Positions 13,476-23,625 of a stretch of DNA of 64,000 nt are shown piece after piece (positions within the stretch are counted from its first letter, which is position 1; each line of letters begins with the position of its first letter). Source of the DNA: Protoeuglena noctilucae (Eukaryota). A model generated the notes under the pieces. The model worked only from the letters and a program-made list of their open reading frames with translations, searched no databases and had not been told where the DNA came from. The stretch lies in NCBI GenBank assembly GCA_958009085.1, contig OY253681.1:124001-188000 (forward strand), given 5' to 3'. The position numbers and the translations under genes were made by a program.

Positions 13476-13739
13476 ACGACGCGGCTGGGTGCTGTGTTGG
13501 TTGGAGTTGTGTTGGTGCGTGTTTCTGCAAATTCTGTAGACTGTCGTTAGTGTGAAGTCCTCGCGCTTCCATCATTTGAACAACGTGGTCAATGGTAAAT
13601 GGTAACGTTTCAGCAATCAAATTTTATCGATTCATTGTTGGTTTCAATAGGCGGCCCGGCCGGCCCCCCGCGTATGTCACACTTATCACAACCGTCGCAT
13701 CGCCACCCTGCCACCGCCCCTCCCTCTGAACAAACCGCC

Positions 13740-16671
13740 TCACTCGGCGGGCCCGCCCACGGCGACCGTCCCGCGGGGCCCAAGGAACGACGACTGGCGC
13801 CCGGGGCGGTCCACCCGCGACTGCACCACGCGACCCCCCGTGCCCTCGTCGGCCGCGTCTGCCTCCTTCTCCGCAGCCGTCTCCTCCCTGGTCTGCTCGA
13901 AGAACTCCTTCTCCAATGCGAGCATCTCCTGCTCCGTCATCGCGCCCAGCTCCTCGCCCTGACCCTCGTTGGCCTTCTTGCGCGCCCGGGCCTGCGAAGT
14001 GAGGCGGGGGAGTGGCTGACATGATGCACTCGTGATCAACTTGCCAACACGGCATTCAATATAACCAGATGATTGTGAGCTAGCACGCAGGAGCACCGGT
14101 CGTACCGCCAGGCCGTGCCTCATCTTGTCACCCCCCCCACACCCCGCACACCCCCACTCTCTGAGCCACCCCCCTCACCTTGGCCTCCCTGGCCCGCGCC
14201 TCGAGGTTCTTCTCCCTCTTGAACTCCCTCTCGAACAGCTGCTGAATGGCCTGCTTCTCCCCGGCCTGGAGCCCCACCAGGCTCTCGGACAGCTCCAGCA
14301 CGTGCACCGAGCCACGCTCGTCGCCCACCGACACCACGCGGCCCTGGGGCTGGATGTTGAAGGACGTCAGGGCGCGGTCCGACACTTGCAGCGACAGCGT
14401 GGGGGAGCCGCTCTGCGGGGAGGGGGCGGAGGTGCAGTGTGGGAGGTGGTCACGTGCAGTGGGACGTGCGACGTGCGACGAGCCGCGCGACGTTGCTTTG
14501 TAAAGTAACATCAGTGGGCCTTCGCGATGAGCCGCATCCAGCATCGCCGGAACTCAAAAGCACGTCTTGCCTTGTGGTAGAGGTCCCAGACGTCGAACAC
14601 GCCGTCCTGGCGGGTGGTGAAGAACACCCCGGGCCGCGTGGGGGACCAGCCGCCGCCCGTGAGGTAGGTGTTGTAGTAGGGGGTGGTCATGATGGGGGTC
14701 TTGATGTCCTCGGACCACATCATGGCGCACCAGTCGCCCACGGTGAGGAAGTTCTTGGGGTAGAGCGGGTTGCGCTTCAGGGCGTAGACGGGCCCGCGGT
14801 GGCCCGTGCCGCCCGAGCCGTACGAGGCGCCCACGCGGTCCGCGGGGGTCTTGGCCTTGCGGTTGCACGAGATGACGACGCCCTGCTCGGTGCCGATCAT
14901 GAACTTGGTGGCGCCGGCCGCCGCGTCGTACTCGAGGCTGCACGCCCCCAGCACCGCGTTGGGCGTGGCCTTCTCGGCCACCGTGAGCGTCTCCACGGGC
15001 TCCTGCATGCGCCGGACGTCCCAGAAGAACACCTCCCCGTCCGTCGAGCACGTCATGATCTCCACGCCCGTCTTGGACTGGAGCCAAGCGCAGTCGTAGA
15101 TGGGGTCCTTGTGGGAGTTCTCGATCGGGGACATGCCCACGGGGCGACCGCCCTGGCTCACGTCGAACCACACCAGCTGCCCGTTGTACTGCCCCGCGCC
15201 CAGCCAGTTCTCGTTCTTGGGGCTGTAGTTGATGCAGCACAGCTGGGACGCGGGCGTGAGCGTCTCGCGCGGCGTCGTGGGGTTGTTCATGTCCCAGATG
15301 TACGACTGCGGGTCGGGAAGTGAGGTGACAGGGTCAGGAGGTAAGCCGTGGTTGCGCAAGTGCGGCTGCTAGACGACATGAGACGACGGCACATGTGCCG
15401 TGGGCCCTTGCCTGCAGCGGCATGTTGGTGGGCTGGGACTGGAAGCGTAGGATGGAGTAGGCGACTGCGACGCGCGTCCCCGAGTGGTGGTAGGACAGGT
15501 ACGATGCCGACCGGGGCACGGGCGAGGGGTCCCGGAACACGGTCAGAGTCTTGGCCTCCGGGAGCTCATTCGAGTGGTCCACCTCGACGTCCGTGAAGAA
15601 GCTCTCGTAGATGTTGACCGCGTTGTTCTGCTTGATGACCTCCTCAGCCGTCGTGCCCAGGCGCGCCACGGTCGCTGCGGGGTGGGCCGGGTGGGCGGGA
15701 AAGGGGTTTGAATGGTGCCTGGTGGCTGACGGAGACTCGGATGTCGACTGCGGCGGTCGCTCTGGGTTCTGGCCACCGCTGGCATCCCCTACGTTCACCA
15801 ACACCAGCCGCCCCATGTTCATCGTTGCGCATGCCATGCTGACCACGCTTGATCCTTCTCATCCATTCCATAACCAACTCACCGATGTACTCCTCGTCCC
15901 TCTCGACGCGCTTGATGAGCCGCGTCGTCTGCGTGGCCTCTTTCGAGTCCACGTCCTTGGGCCAGCCACCCTCCGTGTGCACCATGCCAATCGTGCGGTA
16001 TGTCTTCTGCTTCGTGTTCACGTAAGCCTCCGAGAACTGCGAAAGAGGACGTCGCGAGACGATTAGATCACAGCAAGGGGCGGAACGCAGAGCTGCTGAG
16101 AGCAGGCACGGCTGGGCTGCGTGAGGCAAGGGTGCAGGAGGGGCGTGGGAGGGGAGCGGGTCTGCGCGTGCGGTTTGCCCTCGCCTGAGGAACGACCTCG
16201 ACGATCGTGGTGCACGGCTTGCGCTGGATCATCTTCTTTTGAAGCTCCTGGTCCGGGCGTTGGTCGTACATCAGCTGCAGGGGCGCGAGGTTGCAGGTTA
16301 ACTCAGAGTCAGCAATCACCGCTTGCTTTGAGCGACAGCAGAGCTTCAGAGCAGCGCGGCGCGAACGCCGGGGCTGCGCGAGGGCAGAGCATGGGCCGTT
16401 CGTACATCCTCGCCCTCTCTGCACGCACCTCGGCCTGGAACTCTCGGAACGTCGGGTGCCGCCCGAAGTCCTTCCGGAGCCGGATATACTCATATGATAT
16501 CTGCGGGGAGAGGTCGAGGCGGCGCGCTGGAACGGACCCAAACTACGTCGCATACATGCACTGCCCCTCCCGAGCGCGGGTCGAGCTGCCGGCCCTGTCC
16601 CGCAGGCTCAGCTGAGAGTTGTTACGGTATACGAGAGCCTGGAGAAGCCGCAAGCTCCCTCTCACCTCCAT
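13740..16671 (-). CDS. DNAI2: Outer-arm dynein intermediate chain 2 (IC2/ODA6, DNAI2 orthologue), WD40
   Basis: ME/ISYEYIRLRKDFGRHP, HTEGGWPKDVD, IKQNNAVNIY, SYIWDMNNP, WLQSKTG, WSPTRPGVFFT, FEREFKREKNLE, matching the recalled Chlamydomonas IC2 sequence. Confidence 0.93.
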
Positions 16672-17348
16672 CTTTCACCGCGGCACTCTGCCGTGCCTGC
16701 AGGCCCAACGCCACCCTGCGCACACGCGGGCTGGGCGAGCGTGAGTGGCGCCCAGGGAAGAGCGACATTGAGATGATGCGCGAGCGTCGCCGTGGAACGC
16801 TGGCGAGCAGAGGCTCGCGAAGAGCTGGGCCACACAGCATGCGTTCCAGCACTGCGTCTCACCCCGCGCCTCCCCCGCTCCCGAGACCGCGGCCCCCGCG
16901 ATTCCTAGCCGCTCAGTGGGTCTCGCTTGCTCGGACGGCGCGTCTTATTTTCGTCACTGCTGCGGATCCCGGCGCCTCTCCACGCATGCATGTGCAGGCT
17001 TCTCGCTGAACCTACCTGCAGCGAGAGAGGGAGAGCACGCGCAGGTGATGTCGGCAAGCCACAACGGGTACAAGGTCACTGTGGGCCCGCAGGTCGGCCG
17101 TCCAGCGGCACAGGCGACAGGAAGCTGAAGCTCTCAGCCGGGATGGCGCGGATAGGAACGTCGAGCTTACGCACAAACCATGCATATCACAAACAAACCA
17201 CACAGCGCTCAAGGAATTCCGTTCCCCCAGTCTCCGACCATCCCTGACCTGGTCACGATCAATGCCCCCACAACGGAGCGTCTTTATCCCACCAGGCTCA
17301 CGCGAACGCTACTAATCGGTACCCGGCAAGCGGAGGGGAGCCTCCTGT

Positions 17349-17460
17349 CATCGGGAAAACCGCGAGTCTGGCGTCAGTCGGATCATCCCCGTGATACCCA
17401 GGAATCGTGGGGATCATCCCGCTGATCCCGGGGTATCAGAGGGATCATCCCAGTGATCTC
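17349..17460 (+). repeat. Left TIR plus subterminal 31-bp-period repeats (GGATCATCCC core)
   Basis: GATCATCCC starts at 17381, 17412 and 17443. 17380-17395 GGATCATCCCCGTGAT is the exact reverse complement of 22816-22831. Confidence 0.88.
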
Positions 17461-18725
17461 ACTGACGACACAGACTGTAATGTAAACCCTCATTGAGCCC
17501 AGTGATTCCAGCCGCGCGCCCGATCTCCCTGGGGAGGCCGTTTTACGCGGCGCGGTTACGGCCACGGCGCACCCGGGATGCGAGAGGCCGCTGGGAGCAG
17601 TTTCGCGGCATTTCGTCGTGGTCGGGGATCGCGGGGAGCGGGGCCCACTCGGGAGCGCAGCGGCGCCGGAAGCGTTAGCCGAGGCTATCCCGCCGCCTAT
17701 CTTCCTTCTCGGCCGCGATCAGACCTATCTTGATCGCGATCGGACGCATCTTTTGGGCACCCGCGCTCCGGGGCCCGCGCGGCCCGGGGGGCTCCGTTCG
17801 GCCCGTAATCGCTCCCTAGCGTAGCTATTGGTATTTCAATCCCTACGCCGAGGTTACATGACCATCCGTGACGCTCTAGGCAACGCACTCATGCACGCAC
17901 ATGCAGCCGGACTCGGGCGGCCGCAGGCGCGACGGGAGCGCGCAGCGACCACCGCCAGAGGCACCGACCGCTTGTTCCGGACGCTGCCGCTCCATCGGGG
18001 AGCGGCGCTCCGGCACTCGGGCCAGGCACTCGGGAGATGGTGGCGTGCGCGACTCCGCCGTGCCGACGGCCGCCCCAGGAGTCGATGACCACCGCTGCGG
18101 GGCGCCGCGGACGCCAGACGACAGACAAGGGGCATGGGTCGGCGGACGAGCCATGGCGGGCCCGGCCAGCACCCGACCAGCGCCGGAACTTGGGACGAGG
18201 TGGCACGTGCGCCTGCGTGCTTGTTAGGCGAAGTTAGAGTCAGTCTCGGGGTGAGAGAGTGCAGGCACGGTGCCAGGTACAGTAAGCAAGTACAGAGATA
18301 CCACGCTGGCGGACCAGCCCTTCGTCCCTCCCAGCCAACCAACCCCCCCTTGCACACCTGACCGTGTCGCAGACCCCACCGGTAGCGCAGCAGACCAACC
18401 GCGCACCTCGGGGACAGCGACAATGTCCGACCTGATCTAGTCATGCGTATGCTGCATCTCACCTCACGGGAGCTGGCCCCTCCCCTCCCCAGCCACGTCA
18501 GCACACCTCGCAGATGGCTCAGCAGCAGGCTGCACTCTCACCCTAGAGAGGGACGATGATCCAGCGCTGTTCGCACCAGCAGCGCCGAGCCTCGCCTGTG
18601 CGCGGTGCTGTCGCTGCAGCCCTGCAATCCACCCCCGCTTGCCTGGAGGACTGACGACCCCTGAGCCTGCCTGACCCACAGAGCGCGCGCTGGACTTTCC
18701 TCACCTCCGCTTCCACGCCCTCACC

Positions 18726-21700
18726 ATGCCCGCCTTGAACCCTGCATCGCAACCTGCGCTGCAGCTCACCATGCTCGAATGCGACGCGTGTGGAACGCAA
18801 TTCGATACCCCGGCCAAGCTCGCCCGGCATCAGCAAAGATGCCCTGCGCTGTGGGGCTGGAGATATGGCGAGGAGAGCCGCCAGGAAGCACCCCGCCCCG
18901 CCGCCCCACACGAACACTATGTCTCTCCGTCTCTGCGAGGCTCGGACGGGCTGGCACGCGACAGCGCCAGCGCGGGACCAGACCAAGAACTGCGGGAGGA
19001 AGACGGGACGGCGGACGTTGCTGCGGGCAGTGATGGCGAGAGCGAAGATGTAGGACTCGCGTGGCTCCACTACGCCGACACGGACGTGGACATGGACGTG
19101 GACATTGACTCGGAGAGGGGTGAACCGCCCGAGAGCGCCGGAGCGCATGATGCGCCCCAAGAGGACGCTCCTGGAGTCTCCTACCTTCCTGCGCCCGGGG
19201 AGTACGAACCGCTGAAGCTGCCGGAGGACCTGGAGGCATGGCGGGCCAGGAGCAGGGACAGTGACGATGAGTACCTGAGCCAACTTGAAGCAGGGGCGCA
19301 GTTCATGGCATCGCTGACGGCAGCGCATTTCGATTGCTTCGTGAAGCTGCGCCCCGACATCCGCGACGACCTTCTCGACCTCGGGCGCTCCCACCGCACG
19401 TTCCACACCTCACTCAACAGCATCCATGGCCAGTACGAGGTGCGTCACGCCGCGGTGCCGCTTGTGTCGAGGGCCTTGGACGCGGCCGAGGGGGCTGACG
19501 CCAACCAGTGCACGCACGGCCTGCAGGTTTTGCAAGAGGAGGGCAGCACAACCATCATCTACCAAACGATAACGGTGCTGAGGGACATGCTGGTGCACGC
19601 GGAGCAGATCAAGCCCAAGACGCTCGTTAAGTTGATGCGAGACTTCAGCGAGGCACGGGAACGGTCACGCCAGGCGCGGGCGAGACCACATGAGACGCAT
19701 CCCAGCATCCACGAGAAGCTCACCTTCTCCCGGGCGAAGGGGTATAGCGACATAGCCGAGGCTGTCGCTGGCAAAGTCCGCCCCGAGCTGCACGCCCGGC
19801 TGCTCCTCGTGCCCGTCGCGTACAGCATCGACGGGGTGGAGATGACCAAGGGCGCATCGACGACGCCCATCCACATGCACCTCCTGTCGCCTTGCAAGGC
19901 CGTGAGGACAGGGACGCCGCGAACCGTGGCCACCGTCGAGTCCATGAAGGCGAGAGGAGGATTGCCGGCGTTGCAGCCCACACGTCCACCACCACGCCGC
20001 GTGTATGAGTTGTCGCTCGAGGCCCCCGCAGGTGTCCGGGATCACTCCGGGGTCACAGGCAGACCTGAACAACAGAGAGGCCATCCAGCGGCGGCTGGCT
20101 GCCGTGGACCGGCAGCTGATTGGCGTGGCGAGGTCCGGTGGGGTGTGGATGACCCTCCCCGACGTCGGGAGAGTCATCGTCTTTCCCGTCTTGGCGGCGC
20201 AGCTGAACGACATGATGGCCAACTCGTCCACGCTGGCCGTCAGGTCGTGCCCGCTGTGCCTCCAGGATGACTGCCGCACGCCTCGCACCGTCGCGCTGCA
20301 TCGCCTCCAGGTGCAGCACATCCTGCGCTTGAGGAGGGACGTGGGGACGGCCAGGGCCAACGAACAAGCCATGGAGAGCAAAATTCATCCTGTGGTTCCT
20401 GCCCTGTCGTACTGGGACGAGTTCGGGTCGGACTTGTATCAGGGCCAAGCACCTGACCCCATGCACACCGTGGAACTGGGAATGTTGGGCAAGACTGTTC
20501 CCTTCTGCATACTGACCGTCCTCTACAACAACGCGGCAGCGGGAGAGTCTGCGACAAAGGCAAACGCCCTCTTGGCTGCGTTCGCATCGATCATTGCGGA
20601 TGCCAAGGTGAGCTGCAGGTCAGGCAATGGCGTGCGTTGCCTGCAGTGGCGCCGCAGCTGCTCGGTATTCACCTGGCATGTCCATCGTCGTGTGGGTGGA
20701 GCGCAGGCCCCGGCATGGATCCACGCCCGTCCGTGGGGCGAGACCTTCCAGATCGTGCTGAGCCTCGTGGACCCGTTTGGGAAGATAAAGGCGTACGAGG
20801 CGAGGTTCTTGATCCAAGCTCTGCCTTTCGCCCTCGTCGAGCTCTTCTCTCGAGGCGAGGCCGACAGTCAGCGCTGCGAGGGCATCGGGAGGAGCTGCGG
20901 GTATCGCGATGCGGGCCGGGGAACCCCGGGAGTGTTTCCCCACCACCACATCCCTTGCAGAGCCTACGGGCAGCAAAGACGTGCACGACGAGAGGGTTGG
21001 GCTCGTGGCCGTAGCCCTGGCATGCCTTCAGCTCTATGCCGAATGGTCCCTGGAGAGCGCCACCATCGCAGGGGCGCAGGCGGCGGACGCGCAGCTGAAT
21101 AAGGTCCTCCACGTGAGGCCTTCTCCAACACCAGCCCCATCGTTCGCTGCCCCTTACTCACTCTGGAAGCCTTGTCGCTGCCGTGTCGCCGCAGGTCGTG
21201 CTCAAGACGCTGCTGCGTGGCCACGAAATCGTCCGCACGGAGAAGCCCCTCTTCAGCAAGATCGAGAACAGCCAGAAGTGCCACGTGCTTTCGCATTTCC
21301 CTGCAGTGGTGGCGAGGAACGGCTCCATCATGTTGGGCAGCATGAACGACGCCGAGCGCATGCACAAGCCCATTGCCAACGCGCGCACGAACGGCAAGGG
21401 CGACGTGCAGGTACAGGCAAGAAGCGCCGCCCAGCGTAGGCGACGCGGGGAAGCCCACGCAGGACGCGTTTCTTGCGACTCACACGTCTCGATGCGGTCG
21501 CACGGCGCTCGACCCGCGTGCCATGCTGAGCCGCGCTGGACTGACCCCCGAGCCCTGTCGCAGGCGAGCACCAGCGTCATCTCTCAGAGGGCGGCCTCCG
21601 TCATCATGAGCCGGGCGAGGGCGGAGCAGCCGGTCCCGTCCCAGCCCGAGGACCAAGTGAAGGGCGTGAAGACCGTCCTGAAGAAGAACGACCTGTGCAG

Positions 21701-22229
21701 CGAGGGACGCGCGGAAGACTTCGTTTCTAAGGCGGACCTCCTGAACGCCCTCAAGGGCGCGGGGCTTCCCTGCCACGTCTTGGGCGAGGTCGCGCTGACC
21801 TCCACGGTCGAGATCGGGACGGCCAGCGGGGACCGGGCCAGGATCGTCGCCACCGACGAGACCCTGTCCTTCGTCGAGTACCTCCCGGACAGGGGCACGC
21901 TGCAGACGGGCAGGGTCGTGTGCGGGGTTGAGGCGAAGACCAGCTCCGGTGCCGGGACCTTCCTCTGCGCCCTGGTGGCCCCGGTGCACAGGGCCCCATG
22001 CGACCTGAGGTACCTGTCCAACCAGTGCTTGTCGTTCTACACCAACCTGGGAGCGCTGCAGCCTCCCCAGCTGTCGCTCCTGGAGCCTGCGGAGGGCGAG
22101 GCTCTGAAGTGCGTGCCCCTCCGCAACCTTCGGCGGCAGCTTCACGCCGTGAAAGTTGCTGGGAAGCTTCTTCACTGCGGCCACGTGCAGCAGGTCTGGG
22201 AGCACCACGCCAGCGGCGGCGAGGAGTAG
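18726..22229 (+). CDS. Plavaka-like DDE transposase with N-terminal zinc finger (about 7 exons)
   Basis: CDACGTQFDTPAKLARHQQRC finger; LVPVAYSIDG (D at 19830); GVWMTLPDVGRVIVFPVLAAQLND (D at 20209); SCPLC; APDPMHTVELG; KCHVLSHF..NGS..DAERMHKP (E at 21354). Exons splice in frame with no stops. Confidence 0.85.
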
Positions 22230-22769
22230 GTGACCCCAGGAGCTCCCCGATGCTCGCGGTGCCAGGTCCCCGACGCCGGCGATGTCATCTGTATCGAGAT
22301 AATTCTCCGAAGCCAGCCCCGCGCCCCCATCCGCAGCGCCATGACGGCGGGGACGGCTCACCTCCCATGCAGCAGCCACCTCCGTGCGGCGTAGCCGGCA
22401 AAGGCGCCGCAGCTAGCGAGATTTAGGTCACCTCAATCCATAGGCCAAGCGCTGCGTGCCCGATCGCGGCCGCGGCGGCGGTAGGCCTGGTCGAGCACGG
22501 GGACCTCCCCGGCGCCCCCGGGGGCCCGGCGAGCCCGCGAGCTCCCGCTCATCGCATAGATATGGACATCTCACGTTGAACAGCGGCGGCGCAGGGGAAG
22601 CGGACCCCGGATGCGTCGACGGCCCCCGTCTGCATGCTGGAGCAAGCTTTAGGACGCGAGAGGGGCCTCCGAGGCAGTCATTAGCACCAACTAGCAAATG
22701 TGCGGTCTCTCCGCCTCCTCTCGAGCCCCCTGAGCAAACGCGGGGGCGCGCACGCGCGTCAGGGCCGCG

Positions 22770-22921
22770 GCCCGGGATCGCTGGGATCACTGCGGCAGTG
22801 GCGGGGATCGCCGGGATCACGGGGATGATCCCGGCGATTCCCGGGGATAACTGGGATGAATCCAGTGATTCCCGCGATCCTTCTGATCCGAGTGACGTCA
22901 AATCGCCGGGTTTTCCCGATG
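22770..22921 (-). repeat. Right subterminal repeats plus TIR
   Basis: Cluster of GGGATC/GATCCC motifs, GGGATGA at 22822 and 22853 (31 apart), terminal GGTTTTCCCGATG. Confidence 0.88.
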
Positions 22922-23625
22922 GTGCCCCAGAGCCAATGACACAGACTCGCTAGCAGGGGTCTCCCCCATTTCGCCAACTCGGTCGCCTCCGCACCATCAT
23001 CGGCGCCCACCGCATTCTAGAGTTTTACTACTGTGGTTTAGGTGGAAGCGTGCTTTGAAGAGGCTCGGGGACAGCGGCAGCGGTAGAGAAGAGGTCAGTG
23101 CCGATTCGTGGCAGGGTTCGGTCGCTGTCCTTCCCAGAGAACTGCATCAAATAAAACTTTTCTGCCCACTCAGCTTGATGCCGTTTCTTGCTTTGGTTGC
23201 TTGTTTCCCACGCAGAGGCAGGCCTAAGCGGTGATTTTTTAACTCATTTTCCGCCATCCTTGTGCCTGGTGTATAGATTAAGGGCTGACGAAGGCAGCGG
23301 TGGGTCTTTCCGTCGCAGGCGCTCGACACGTGCACGGGACATGCTCACATGCTGACGGGCGCGAGTGGAAGCCGGAGGCGCAACTAGAGAGCCGCGGCGC
23401 ATTGATGCTACAGTTGTGACATAGGAGGGAGACCCCAGCCGTGCTTGGGCGGGGATCGGGGTGAGGCGTCGCGCGGCTGGAGGGGACTGCATGCTCGACC
23501 GTCGTGCAGGCTGGCACGCGCGAGCCTGGGGGCGCTTGCCATTCGCCCGCTCGCCGGTGTGACAAGAGCATCGTCGCAGTGGCTCGCTGGGTGCCAACGC
23601 CCCCCTTCGCCCTGCGCGCCTCAGG

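Larger units (their letters stand above)
17349..22921 (+). mobile_element. Full-length TIR DNA transposon, Plavaka/CMC (CACTA-Mirage-Chapaev)-like
   Basis: Left end CATCGGGAAAACC (17349-17361), right end GGTTTTCCCGATG (22909-22921), imperfect inverted match extends to about 38 bp. GT on both flanks (17347-17348, 22922-22923). GATC-rich subterminal repeats and an internal transposase. Confidence 0.9.
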
